From: the human T2T-CHM13v2.0 reference genome, Homo sapiens
Length of the DNA stretch: 64,000 nt
Assembly (NCBI RefSeq): GCF_009914755.1
Contig: NC_060936.1
Strand: one strand, 5' to 3'
Shown: positions 48,431 to 62,309 of the stretch, in pieces
Layout of the letters: each line of letters starts with the position of its first letter
How positions within the stretch are numbered: the stretch's first letter is position 1
The notes under the pieces: generated by a model
Databases searched by the model: none
Seen by the model: only the letters and a program-made list of their open reading frames with translations
Told to the model about the DNA's origin: nothing
Translations under genes and position numbers: made by a program

Positions 48431-50040
48431 CTACAATTCTTTATCCACTTGTTGAATGATGAGCCTCATTTGGGTTGGTTCCACATTTTTGCAATTGTGA
48501 ATTTTATTGCTATAAACACGCATGTTCAAGTATCTTTTTCATATAATGACTTCTTTTCTTCTGGGTAGATACCCAGTAGTGGGATTGCTGGATCATATGG
48601 GGTAATTCTACTTTTAATTCTTTAAAGAATCTCCACTCTGTTTTCCATAGTGGTTGTATTAGTTTACATTCCCGCCAGCAGTGTAGAAGTGTTCCTTGTT
48701 CACCGCATCCACACCAACATCTATTTTTTTTTTTAATTTTTTGATTATGGTCATTTTTGCAGGAGTAAGGTGGTACCATATTGTTGTTTTGATTTTCATT
48801 TCCCTGATCACTAGTGATGTTGAGCATTTTTAAAATATGTTTGTTGGCCATTTGTATATCTTCTTTTGAGAATTGTCTATTCATATCCTTAGCCCACTTT
48901 TTGATGGGCTAAGGGATTATTTTTTTCTTTCCTTTGTCTTAACTTTAGAGAACCTGATGACAGTGTGCCTAGGTGATGATCTTTTTGTGATGAATCCCCA
49001 GGTGTTCTTTGAGCTTCCTGTATTTGGATGTCTAGGTGTCTAGCAAGGCTGGGGAAGTTTTCATCGATTATTCCCCCAAATATATTTCCCAAAGTTTTAG
49101 ATTTCTTGTCTTCCTCAGGAATGCCAATTATTCTTAGGTTTGGTCATTTAACATACTCCCAGACTTCTTGGAGGCTTTGTTCATATTTTCTTATTCTTTT
49201 TTCCTTGTCTTTGTTGGACTGAGTTAGTTTAAAAACCTTGTCTTTGAGCTCTGATGTTCTTTCTTCTGCTTGAGTCTACTGCTGAGACTTTCCAGAGCAT
49301 TTTGCATTTCTATAAGTGTGTCTATTGTTTCCTGAAATTTTGATTGTCTTTTATTTATGCTATTTCATTGAATATTTTTCTCTTCACTTCTTGTATCATT
49401 TTTTTTATTTCCTTACAATGGGCTTCACCTTTCTCTGGTGCCTCTCTGATTAGCTTAGTAACTAACCTTCTGAATTCTTTTTCAAGTAAATCAGGGATTT
49501 CTTCTTGGTTTGGATTCACTGCTGGTGAGCTAGTGTGATTTTTTTGGGGGGGTGTTAAGTAACCTTGTTTTTCCATATTACCAGAGTTGGTTTTCTGGTT
49601 CCTTCTCATTTGGGTAGGCTCTGCCAGAGGGAAGGTCTAGGGCTCAAGGCTGTTGTTCAGATTCTTTTGTCCCACAGGGTGTTTCCTTGATGTGGTACCT
49701 TCCCCGTTTTCCTAGGCATGTGGCTTCCTGAGAGCTGAGCTGTGGTGATTGTTATTTCTCTTCTGGGTCTAGCCACCCAGCAAGTCTACCAGGCTCTAGG
49801 CTGGTACTGGGGGTTGTCTGCAGAGTCCTGTGATGTGAACTATCTGAGGGTCTCTCAGCCTTGGATACCAGCACAGTATTTGGGGAGTCTCCTGGGTCCT
49901 GCAGGAGCAATCTGCTTCCTTCAGAGGGTCTGTGGGTTCTCTTGGATTTCCTACTGTATACCTGTAGTTGTTCTGGAGCAAAAGTTTACCATGCAAGCCT
50001 CCACACGCTGCTCTGTCCGTCTGAGTGGGAGCTGCAATCG
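48431..50040 (-). mobile_element. L1PB: shortened 5'UTR and ORF1 first half (50040-48930) joined to ORF2 3' end (48925-48431)
   Basis: Minus-strand start gattgcagctcccactcagacggacagagcagcgtgtggag; ORF1 MRRNQKTNSGNM...EFRRLVTKLI; ORF2 MNRQFSKEDIQMANKH. Confidence 0.93.
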
Positions 50041-50487
50041 ACAAGCTTTAGAAAAAGAATTTGGCAGTTTTATTCGGAATGATTTGTTGGAGAATAGACT
50101 GAGCAGTAAGAACAGTGGTTGCATCTTTTTTTTTCTATTCAGTTTATCCTACCCAATACATTTGTTTTGTCTTATAGTGTTTTCTATAATTGCCATGATT
50201 ATATTCTACAAGTCCTTGAATTTTCCTCTTTGCATTCTCTTCAATATGGAAGATGTAAAGGCCAAATAATCACAATGATGTAGGGATTCTAAAGTAATTA
50301 ACTTGATGTCATGATATCCCAGTATTCAGGCAATTTTTATTTCAAGCTTTTTTTCACATTCGACCTTTATTTCCTTATCTAAAACAATGAGCAAAACAAA
50401 AATAATAATAATTGCCTAATCGTAGAGATGTCTTATTTATCCAGTGCTATCACATATGAAAAAAGGAGAATAATATTGATTAGAAAA

Positions 50488-50833
50488 GGATATTATTTAG
50501 CTATGCCCTCACCCAAACCTCATTTTGAATTCCCACATGTTGTGGGAGGGACCCCATGGGAAGCAATTGAATCACGGGGGCAAGTCTTTCTTGTGGTGGT
50601 CTCGTGATAGTGAATAAGTCTCATGAGATCTGATGGTTTCAGAAACGGGATTATCCCTGCACAAGCTCTCTTCTCTTGTCTGCCTCTATGTGAGATATGC
50701 CTTTCACCTTCCGCCATGATTGTGAGGCCTTCCCAGCCACGTGGAACTGTAAATCTAATAAACCTCTTTTTTTTTTGTAAATTGCGCAGTCTCAGGTATG
50801 TCTTTATCAGTAGCATGAAAATGGACTAATACA
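50488..50833 (+). mobile_element. THE1B/C solo LTR
   Basis: cccacatgttgtgggagggaccc...gtgaataagtctcatgagatctgatgg...atggactaataca; TSD gaaaa/gaaac. Confidence 0.92.
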
Positions 50834-52714
50834 GAAACAAAAGAGAGAATAAAAATGATCATTGATTAACCATAGAAGTTTCTTATTGATCCAATGCTAC
50901 CGTATATAAAGAAACTAGAATAGTTATCTGTCAGAGTGCATACTCAATTTATGCTATTTTCTTTTCTGAACATAGGCCTTCAGAAACCATTCATCTCTCA
51001 GTATCTGGGAGCTTACTCTGTCTTTGAGAGGTTTTTGTATTTATGTAAACATCATTATAAAAGCAGAGTAAAATATAATTTATTTTCCAAAAACCTTCCC
51101 TGGGTGGCAAGAAAGAATATCATACCTGATTTCAGTACCAATCAAATACTGAAACTTTGATCAAAACTTCAGGGAAATATTCAAAATGGTAATGTGTTTT
51201 GAGGGAAATAAGTATTCATGGGGAATGCTGGATTGGACTACCATTCGAAGTATCAAACTCCTTTAGGGCACGAAACACCTGAAGAGTTTGTAATCGTAGC
51301 TCCAAACCACAGGTTACAAAATCACTCAGTTACTAAGGCATATGAAATTTAAAAGAAAAAAAAATTAACATACGTCCTATAAACAATAAAATCATTTTAC
51401 AGTTTGGATAAGGAAATGTATAATTCTTTAAATAAGTTGCTACTTCATTTACCTGAGTTTAACATTAAGCAGAATCTCCTAAGTGAGACAATATATCTAT
51501 AATAAAATGGGATGATTTTATTTAGCAAGGGTATTCTGCTCCCAGATTATCTCCCCCTCAAAGCTATGTACAAAAACAATTTTGTCTGTCCAATTTTGTC
51601 TTCTTCCAGGAGAGGAAGAAGGAGAAGGAAGATTATATTTTCATAATTTAGTTTCTTTACTTTCTTACCTCAGCCAAAATCACTCTCTAGATACAGACTT
51701 GTATAAATATCTCACTGTTTTTCTTTTTCTTAAGTACCATTATTCTGTCCCCTTTGTCTCTGGTTTACAGAGAAGTTAGGTAACTTCAGCCTACAATGTG
51801 ACATAAGGAGTTTGGGAGAGTGTCACACTTTGTAATTTGACAAAAGATGTGCTAGAATTTCTCCACAAGTGGTTATCTTTTTGTTCGTTTCTGCTTTTCT
51901 TCTACCAATTTAACAAGACTTGTTGATGATAAGAATCTCACCAAGTAAAGTTCAAATAGCAATCTCATAGTATAAAGAGATTTCAACATAGAAGTCAAAG
52001 AAAAAAATAACTTAAAGCCATTAATTTTCAAAATATTAAATGAAAAATGCAGTAAGAACTTTGTACACCTGTACATGTAGTAAAGAAGGCTATTAAGCCA
52101 CTATTTTTTCCTGAAATTACTACATTATAATATTTGTCTTGGAGTGTTGTTTTTTGACATTATTTTATAAAGTGAAATAAAGCAATGCAGGTTATATAAA
52201 TAAGAAAATAAATTATTCTTATTATGAACGCTGAAGGCTTTTTGATTGAGGTAAATACATCTGATCAGTTTTGTATTGCAATTTCAGCTGATAGGCTTTT
52301 AGAGACAACACTGAAATTATTTTCTTGAAATATAGTTTAGAATTTGGTATAAAACAGTTGGGCTATTCTAAATAGCATATTATGCTAACATGCTTGACTA
52401 GTTTAAAGTTTAATTTTTGAAAAGAAATCAGATTCAAATTATGAAAGGTAAAAGGGATAGAAGAAATGTTTAAATATGAGGTGTTTTTCAACTATTTTCA
52501 GACAGTTTAGTTCTATTGCTCTATATTTTCCATAGTGATTCTATTCTGGAATAATTAAATTTGTTTTTCGCAATAAAATATTTTAATCAACTGACTTAAA
52601 TTTGAACATAGAAAAATATTTGATGTTTCTAAAATTTAGATTTCAAATATGTTTTAAATTCAATCTAATTATATTTGGTAACAGTTTAAAGATTGAGTAC
52701 TGTATTTATTAATA

Positions 52715-53650
52715 TATAACTTATTCACAAATATGTATTGAGCAACTACTATCTGCCAAACATTGCTCTTGGCAGTGCTGCTATGGCAGTAAACAAACAG
52801 ACATACCACACGTGCTTATGGATTATAGGATAACAGACAAATAACTACTTAAGTTGGGTTATGATAAGGTCAAGCAAGATAAATGGAGAGGAAAATGGGT
52901 GATAGAAAGTGATGGGGTGATGCTATTTTCAACCAATCTAGATGATCAGGTTAAGCCAGATAACTATCTAATCAGGTAATCCTTGAAGAGAAACTTGATG
53001 CACATGAGTAGTGAGCCGTATGGATATTGAGAGGTAAGTGTTGTAGGTTGGAAGGAAAAGCCAAGTATAAAGGCCCTGCATAATGTGTTGAAGAATACAC
53101 AAGAGGCCGGTGTGCTTGTAGCACAATGATTGAGGAAAAATTTCATAGATGAGATTGAAAAGGTGGCTAGGGGCCAGATATATGGGACTATGTAAGAGTT
53201 TTGTCTTTTGTCCTGAGAAATATGAGAATCCTTTGGAAGGTCTGGGCAGATCTGACTCCATAGTACAGCGATCATTGTAACTGCTGGCTAAGAGAATACC
53301 TGCTAGGGAGCCTAGGAAGGACAAAGCTAATGAAGACCAGGATCGAAGCTATTGCAACAAGCCAGCTGGAAAACAATGTTTGCATACTCTGTGATGAGAG
53401 TAGTGAAAGTGCAAAAAAGTGGCCAGAGATATGACAGAAGTTATCAGGGAAAGACTATAGAATTTGCTGATAGATAGGAGGAAGTTCTAAGGGAAAACAA
53501 GGAGTTTAACTATGACACTATAGTTTATGCTATGAGAAACAGGAAGAACAAAATTTCCAATCACTGAGTTGGGGAAGCTTGGAAGAGAAGCAGGAGACGG
53601 TAAAGTGGGAGTTGGTGGTTAAATTTTGGCCATTTCAGGTTGGAGATGCA
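52715..53650 (-). mobile_element. L2 (a/b) element
   Basis: aaatatgtattgagcaactactatctgcca...aaggccctg...aatcctttggaagg...gaatttgctgatagat...cactgagttggggaag. Confidence 0.8.
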
Positions 53651-54499
53651 GACATATAAATGGAGAGATGAGTACACATTTGAAGAACTCAAGGAAGCTA
53701 TCTCAGATGGAAATGATATTTATAGGCATGAATTTCAGTCTTTGAACCTCAAATCATCAGCAGAATATCTTACCTACTATGATGCTGTCTTTATTTTAAT
53801 ATTTCATTTGTCATGGAATTTTTTCATTAATTTTGATTTTTAAAATAGTATCAAAGTAGTCTTCATCTTGTTCATTGAGTTTTTTGAAGCCCTTCTCCTT
53901 AAATTTTGTTCTTAAGGGGGAGTACCTAATCACATCCCTTCTTATTTACTCTCCTTGTTACAGACTTCTATATACCCTAGAGTTATTCTCCCCCAGTCTT
54001 TGAAGAGTTTAGCACCTAATCTTCTTTCTACATTAATCCTGTCAGAATTCTTAGAGATTTCTTTATCCTCATGAATGATTTATTCAATATCCTGGCATTG
54101 CAATGACTTGCATCAAGTATCTCAATGTTTCTTTATTCCAATGATCTTTTCCTCCCTCCTGCTTCAGCTGTGTTTCTATTATCATAATATAGAATAATAC
54201 ATATGGTATTTCCCTATTTTATACCATAGATTTGGTCACTTTTAACTACTATAATCTTTCCATAATTTTAAGCATAACTGTATACAATCTCCCATATTTT
54301 TAAAGCATTCTCTCTATTATCCTAATGGCTATAATTCTTTGATTCAATCAGGACTTAAAATATATTTGTTCTATCATCTTTTCACCATTCCACATGGCTC
54401 TCAATACCTATTTCCCTCTTTATCCAGCACAAAGTTATCAAACTTGCTGCTACCTCTGCCCAAAGAGATCTTATGTCTTTCATTTTCTAAAGTCTTTTT

Positions 54500-54905
54500 T
54501 CTAAAATGAATCTTATTGTGTGTATTTAAAGTATACAACATGATGTTATATGATATATATAGATATAGGTATACATATACACATATAGTAAAATGGTTAC
54601 TAGAATGGAATAAATTAACATAGCCATTATTTCACATAGTTGGACATTTTTTGCTTCTGTGGCAAGAGCAACTATAATCTACTCATTTAGCAAAAGTTCT
54701 AAATATAATACACTATTATTAATTACAGTCCTCAGGTTGAACATTAGATCTTTCAACTTGTTCATACTACATATTTGCTACTTTGCATACTTTCACCTAC
54801 ATTTTCCCATTTACTCCCTTCATGTCAACCCTGATAATCACTATTTATTCTCTATGTGTATATATTTGAACATTTTTTTCTAGATTTCCCTTATAAATGA
54901 GATCT
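54500..54905 (-). mobile_element. L1MA (8/9-like) 3' end
   Basis: tatttaaagtatacaacatgatgtt...aatacactattattaattacagtcctc...tagatttcccttataaatgagatc. Confidence 0.8.
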
Positions 54906-55113
54906 TTGCTGACATATCAGCCTCTCCAAGAAAACTTCCCTTGCCACCTTCCTCATAGCATTTATAGCATTGCCTGTACAACTCCCAAATTTAATTTTTC
55001 ATAGCACTTATCTTCATCTGACATTCTGTATGTTTTAGTTGTTTATTTGTTAATCTAATATCTCTCCTATACATACAGAAATTCAAGCAGGACAGGACTT
55101 TGTTGATTTGTAG

Positions 55114-56058
55114 TGTCAAGGCTCAGAAAAGCAACACCCCGAAGTATGTATCTTGGCATCCTGAGTAGTTTGAACTGAAAGTCAGGGAGAAAACCTCAGA
55201 AGCAAGGTTTCTCTGATTTTCTCTTGCCCTCCTCTCTCTCACCATTCTTTCTCCCCTGAAGCAAGTCATAGAAACTAGAACTCCTCTTCCCCAAAGCAAG
55301 TCATAAAATCTAGAAAGGTCACTCTTTTCTCCCTTGCAAACCCACATTCCAGAGAGGTTCTGCCCCATGCCTGGGAGGGAGGAATGCTACACAGAGAGGC
55401 CAAAAAAAGTCTGGACAGGCCTTTCTAGGTGTCCCCACGTCAGTCTGTTATCATTAGAACATATCCTTTTGTTCAATCACATTTCTACGTGACTATGTGT
55501 TCTTCATTGAGCCTAAGCATACAAATAGTTTTCAGTTGGTCTTTGAATCTTTATTTTTTAAGATTCCCATTTCACATAAAACTGTGATTGAATAAATTTG
55601 TTATGCTTTTCTCTTGTTCACCTGTCTTTTGTTAGACAAATGTTGGCTGTGACTCTTATGATGGTGAGAAAAGTTATGACATCATTCCATCCCTACAGTT
55701 TCTGGTGCCCATCGTGGACCAGCTGAACACTTGACTCACTCCAGAGCCTGCAGATGAGATCCTGGGACAACTGACAAAAAGCCACCAAAAGGTTAAGACA
55801 TTTTTACAAAGGTCAGCTCTCCCATATGCCTGCCTATAATGTTCAGTTGAGAACCAAATGTAAACATTTCTCTTTAACCTCTGCCTTCCAAATTCAGGTT
55901 AGCAGAATAAAATTGTCTGTCTGGATTGTGGAAAAAAAAAAAAAAACAGCCAAGAAACTTGTTATGTTTTTCTCTTGTTAATTTGTCTTTTTAAATAGGC
56001 ATGTCAGTTGTAACTCTTTTGATGGTGAAGAAAGGTAATATACCTTTATGCCCCTACA
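55114..56058 (+). mobile_element. Collapsed MER34-group provirus: 5' LTR 55114-55697, PBS, short leader, last ~105 bp of the 3' LTR; inserted in an L2 3' end
   Basis: Two LTR ends ...ccctaca (55697, 56058); TSD gtag at 55110-55113 and 56059-56062; PBS-like tggtgcccatcgtggacc at 55703. Confidence 0.85.
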
Positions 56059-58015
56059 GTAGCAAAAGCCTGGCACAGAATATGTGCTTAATAAACATTT
56101 GTTGGAAATAATGAATAAGCAAGTGGTTGGATTTGCTCCTCCAAGAAGGAGAAGAAAGGAGTAAAGAATATAGGAGAGGAAATTGGAGGAGAGGAAGAGG
56201 AACAGGGTGTTAGGACAGGAGAGGTGCAGAGTCTAGGCAATGAATCTCTTCATTTGCTATGGGTCATGTAGATATGGACCATCGAAGGAGATGAAGAAGA
56301 AACATTTAATAGAGTAAGAGTAGAAGCAATTCTAGTAGAATCCTAAGAAGCAAAGGAAAAAGCATGTTTCAAAAAGAAACACTGGGTCACATGCTGTTGA
56401 TGGGTCCCCCTATGTAATAAGCATGCAAAAGTTTGGAAGGGAGGAAGTATACAGAGTGATTAAGATAATTATTTGAATAGTCTTTCTGTGAAGAGGAAAA
56501 GAGAAAATGAGTCAAAAGCCAGAGGTGAATGAAAGGTTCAGGGAGGATTTTCAACTGTATTTGACTTTTACAATAAACTTACACATTGCTTCCATTGCTT
56601 AAACATATGACTAAAAATCATAACACCTTGAAAAAGCTTTCTTAAAAACTCAAATAATTTCCAATAAATTATCCCACTCCTCTTCACAGCAGGGGAGCAT
56701 GGAAAATTAACACTTTAAAGGAGAAAGTTATGATATAACCATTTTGACCCTCTTGTCTAGCTTCTTATAATTTTTTAGTGATGATTTTGGAACTGAAACA
56801 CTGTATAAACAAATTTTTCATTGCCTTACATAAAATACTCACTTGACTCTTTTTATCCTATAGAATTAAGTTCAGATGTTTTGGTATGATATACACAAAA
56901 CTTTTCCAAATATATGATCCCAAACCAAAGCTTTGATTCAGTTGCTAGATTCTCCCTTATATCTATACTAAGCTTTTTAAAAAATTAAACACCTATATAA
57001 ATGTCACATTTTCTACTGTCTTTGAATTCCCAGACATAGAATATTTGAAGACAACAAATAATTGCTTGGTATATTAACATATAAATTAAACTATGAATGA
57101 GTTTACTTATTGCTCTGTACCAGGTTCTTTCCCAGAATGGCTCTCACCCATTCTTTAGGACTTAAATATACTTCCTTTGTCAATTTCATACCTCACAACA
57201 TTGCAGCAAAAGCTCTGTGTTACCACAAAGTGTTCTACCTGCTAGAGTGACAGGAGGGTAAATTGAGAGGAAGTGCTGCATGGGCTCAGTGGATATTTAA
57301 ATTGCATGAAAAATTTTTAATGAGTTCCCACGGTGGTCTCTGGAATCATTCAGACTTTGCAAGTCCCAGCTCAGTCACTAAAAACAGTGATCTTGAGCTA
57401 ATATGAAATCTGCCCTCATCTGTATAGAGGGAATTATGGTTCATGATTCATAATGGATTTTTCCAAGGACAAATGCGACATGCTAAATCCATATACAGTG
57501 CTATGAACACAGAAAGAGAGATGGTACATTCTGTTCATCTTTATGTTTCAGTGTCTACTGGAACCAGAACTCAGAATAAGTATTTTTGAAGACTTTTGTT
57601 GAATTACATCGATGTTTGTAATTGCAGAATATACATGTAGACCATACCTCAGTCTCTTCAGGTACACTACAAAGAAGGAAAACTTGCAACAAAATATTAT
57701 GGAAAACAGGTCAAATTCAAGGATTGTAAAATAATTGCAACTTGTGCTGGCTCTAGTAGTAAGGGTACTCTGTGTTTCCATGTTAAGAAGTCACTGAGGC
57801 CATTTTGAACTTCTTTGTTGAATGCAATGTTAAGGAATTGGTATCTTCCAGAATAGTAGAGTAGGTGGTGGCAATGAATGCTACCTTTGCCTTTCATGGA
57901 CACAACTTTCAATTGTTTTTGAAGAGTAGTAGCTTAATGTTATCAAAAACCTACGCATGAAAAACCAGAACTTAAGCTTCCAAAATGTGTGAATACTTGG
58001 TGAGATTCTTATCAT

Positions 58016-58160
58016 CACACATAGGATAAATGCTTGAGGGGATGGATACCACATTTTTTGTAATGTGATTATTACTCACTGCATGCCTGTATCAAAACAT
58101 TTCAAGTACCCCATAAATATATGTACCTACTATGTACCCATAAAACATTAAAAATGAAAA
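58016..58160 (+). mobile_element. L1MA(2/3-like) extreme 3' end
   Basis: ggataaatgcttgaggggatggatacc...gcatgcctgtatcaaaacat...cctactatgtaccca. Confidence 0.85.
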
Positions 58161-58874
58161 GATTATTAAAAATTTAACTATTTAAAAAGACGAACGAACG
58201 AGAAAAAGTTCCACTGTAAAAACAATATAGAAAAAATTGTTTGTGACTCTTAGTATCTAATACCATGCAGTATGCAAAATCGATACTTCACACTTAATTA
58301 TTCTCAGGTCTGGAGAGATTTGAAATAATTTAGTCTAATTGCCATAAAAGGTAACTATTGCATTTGAGTAGTAAGTCTGAAGATTCAGACAATAACACTA
58401 GCAGTTTAACAAATCTCAAATAAAACACATAGTCAATTCAACACCGCATCAGTCACAAAAGTCACAAGAGTTTTCCATGATGCTAGTGGGGTTATTTATT
58501 TTTTCAATCATTCAATATTTTTAACACAGCAAAATATAACAATGTCTCCAAAGGACAGCTCTTTATTATCAAGCATACATCCAGGTTAAATTCTTCTCCT
58601 AAACTCTTCTGGATAAAATAAAACAATTAGAATATTAATACATAATAAGTGACAATTTTTGAGGACAGATTTTCATATATTTGGGATGTTAATACTGGTA
58701 TGTATTCATAACATTTAAAAAATACATGCAACTCTTTATGTTCTGGTGCAGTGAGACAGATTCTACTCTCAGACTGACACTATTCACATAATGTCGAAGT
58801 CCTATATTTGAAAAAATGAGAGGACTTAGTGAGTTGAACAAATTGATTGCTAAGACCCCTAATGGTTCTAATCT

Positions 58875-59187
58875 CTTTTTTGTTTTTTTTTTGTTTTTTT
58901 TTGCCTCAGGGTCTGAAACAGCTCTGTTGCCTAGGTTGGAGTGCACTGAGCATGGCTCACTACAGCTTGAACCTCCAGGGTTCAAGCAATCCTCCTCCCT
59001 GAGCCTCCTGATTAGCTGGGACCAGAGGCGTGCACCACCATGCTCAGCCAGTTTTTAAATTTTGTTTTGTAGAGACAGGATCTCTCCATGTTGCCTAGGC
59101 TGGTCGCAAGCTCCTGGGCTCAAGCAATCTTCCCCCGTCGGCCTCCCAAATTGCTAGGATTATAAACATTAGCCACTGCACCCAGCT
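58875..59187 (-). mobile_element. AluJ inserted in a MIR
   Basis: catggctcactacagcttgaacctcc...ctcctgggctcaagcaatc; TSD aatggttctaa on both sides. Confidence 0.9.
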
Positions 59188-59464
59188 TCAAATGGTTCTA
59201 AAATTGTGTTATTTTAAGAAGTTAGCTTTGTCCATTTGATATGACCCCTAAAAAGTATTCTATTGGAATTAAAGATGTACTTCTGAACATTAGTAAGTAT
59301 ATATTTTCTGAATATCTTCCTTATTTATTTTTCTAAAATTTATCTAAACTTCAGTGAAAAATTCATTAATTCTGGACAGCAAAGTTGTTCAGAAAATTCC
59401 ATCAAAATAAAAATGGAGACACTTTCTTTTGATCTTATCTGAAAATAGTATCTCTCTACTTCTA

Positions 59465-62309
59465 CAGGTCAGTCACCCCCAATTGACACAGTAATTACCA
59501 TCTTTGACTGTTGATTCAGAGACACAAGGAATCCAAAGTGGCCAGGTGGTAGTCTTAACTTCCAGTTCAATGGGTTTATTGTCGTGTTTCCTGCTGGAAG
59601 CATCCTCCCTCTGGAACTAAAACCTCTAGGCCAGAAGACCAGAAAGTCACAGGAACAAGTTGTAAAAATTTGATAGTGGGTTACTGAAGTAACCAACTAA
59701 CTAGAGGTAGTGAACAGTGAGCGGCCTCACTCCTATTTCCACCTTTTGATTTCTGGATTTGTGAATCCTGGCTATCAGTGAAACAACACAATGTATAGGC
59801 ATTGACTCAGAGTTTAGATTGCCTTCTGGAGAACCTTGGCTCAGTCCTGAAAGGGATCGCCAACTAGCTGGCACTGTAACCGAGTCTTCAAAAGGCCATT
59901 CCACCATTCTATCACTGCTTCGGTTGTGAAGAGAGATTTTTTTATTAGAAGCAATGTTTTGTGAAATACCATAATAGTAGATAAGGCATTCTATAAGTTT
60001 ATGAATGGTAGTTTTGACAGAAGCATTATGAGCAGAGAAGGCAAATCTGTATCGAGAGTAAATGTCTGTTTCAGCAAGGACAAAACACTGCCCCTTCCAT
60101 GACGGAGGCAGTCCAGTGTAGTTAACCTGCCACCCAGTAGCTGGCTGATTATCCTGGGTAATGATGGCACATAAGAGTCTCAATGCGGGTCTCTGCTGTT
60201 GGCAAACTGGACACTGAGCAGTGGCCATAGCCAGGTCAGCCTTTGTAAGTGGAAGTCCATGTTGCTGAGCCCATGTATAACTTCCATCGCTGCCAACATG
60301 TTCACTTCTGTTTATGAACCCATGAGGTGGTGACGGGGTGGCCGGAGAAATAAATTGACCTGGTATCCACAGAATAGGTCATCCTATTCACTACTTATTA
60401 AAATCTTACTCTCCTGATGTTACCCTTTGGTGAGCCTTCACATAGAACAAATATCTGCATGCATTTTTGTCCATTCAGAGAGGTCTACCCGCATATCTCT
60501 TTTTCAAATTTCTTTGGCATCATTTTTCCAATTATGTTTCTTCCAAGTTCCTGACCATCCCGCCAAACCATTAGGTACAGCCCATGAGTGGTATATTATT
60601 ACATATCTAGCTACTTCTCCTTCCAGACAAATGGCATGACCAGGTGCAGTGACCAAACTTCTTCCCACTGTGAGGGTTTCCCTTTACTACTTTCCTTCAG
60701 GGATATCCAAGAGAGAGGCTGCAGAGCTGTAGCTGTCCAATTTGGGGTGTTGTCTGCATATTGTGCTAAATCATCTGTAAACTAGACTTGAGTCTTCTCT
60801 TTCTTTGTCAAGTGATCATAGGGAATTTCCCATGATCTGTAGTTACATGAGGTTGTAGTTACAGGCTGGGAGACAGAGGGCAGTGTAGAAGGAGAGGAGA
60901 CCATGGACATTTGGGCCACTTCTTTATGTAACTTTCTTGTGACTTCAGGATGTGCTGGGGCCCAATCACATATATACCAGTTCCACTTTGTGGAGTGCTG
61001 CTGTGCACAGCCATATTTATAAAGTGGTGTGTCGTAAACTCCAGTTCATGATGAGTAGCTCAGGTTATATTGTAACATGGTGGCCTATAGGCAAGTGTTC
61101 AGTTTCTAACAGGGCCCAGTAGCAGTCCACAGCTGTTTCTCAAAAGGAAAGTCGTGATCTGTGAATAATAGCGGGGCCTTGCTTCAAAATCCTGAAGGCT
61201 TGTGCTACAGTTCACCTATAGAAGCCTGCCAAAGTCTTTAAAAGTCATTCTTACCTGTCACTGACACTTTAAGCACCACTAGATCTACTGGATCATATGA
61301 CCCAAATGGCAGAGCAATTTGTAGAGCAGGCTCAGCTTATTTCAGAGACTTTTATCTTTTTGGGCCTATTTAAAACTAGCAGCTTTTTGGATCACTTGAT
61401 AAATGAGCCCGAGTAACACATCCAAATGAGGAATATGTTGCCTCAAAAATATAAAGAGGCCCATGAGGCATTGTGCTTCTTTCTTGGTTGCACGCAGGGC
61501 CAAATTCAACAACTTATTCTGTACCTTAGAAGGATTATTTCTACATGCCCCACTCTACTGTATCCTGGAAATTTCACTAAGGTATAATGCTTCTGAATTT
61601 TTGTTGAATTTATTTTCCAGCCTCTAACATGCTGGAAAACATCAATACAGTCTGTAGTAGTTGATACTTCTAGCTCCCTAGATTCAGTCAGCATAATGTC
61701 ACCAATGTAACAGACTAATGTGATATCTTGTGAAAAGAAAAGATTCCTGTGAACTAAATAAGTATTTTCTAAATCAATAGCTGTATACCAGCTACCAGTG
61801 GATGTATTAATTTGCTTGAGCAATGAATTCATATCTAGTACAGCAGCAGCAGGAATTGGAGTCACCACCTGGTTAAGCTTACATAATCCACTGTCATTCT
61901 CCAAGATCCATCTGTCTTCTGCACAGGCCAAACAGGCTAGTTGAACGAGAATGTGGTGGGAATCACCAACTCTGCATCTTTTAAGTCCTTCATCATGGCA
62001 CTAATCATTACAATTCCTATTGGAATGTGGTATTGCTTTTTGTTTATTATGTTTGAAAATATTGTATAATCATTTAGCTCCTTGGTTCTTGAAAGTGGCT
62101 GATTAGGAGTATCAAATGAAAATATTTTGGTTATCTCTATAAACATTACACACCACAGACCATCAGTGGTCTTTACTACTGGAAATAGAATCATTAGCAT
62201 CTTTAAATATAATTATATTGGAGAGCCAATTCCAGAAACCCAAGAACCAATTCAGGAAACTCATTCTTAAAACTCTGCTCTCCTAGAACCCCACTACCAA
62301 TACTAAGTC
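59465..62309 (-). pseudogene. ERV-L internal region: decayed gag start, RT/RNaseH, integrase and 3' dUTPase
   Basis: RT KQYHIPIG..MKDLKDAELVIPTT, KLNQVVTPIPAA..YTAIDLEN, YIGDIML; IN CPVCQQQRP..WQVNYTG; dUTPase MLPAGNTTINPLNWKLRLPPGHFG; many stops and frameshifts. Confidence 0.93.

Noticed and set aside
57551-57810. Exon-like stretch after acceptor-like sites (VHYKEGKLATKYYGKQ...)
   Set aside because: No recognisable protein family, no convincing donor, and no neighbouring exons.
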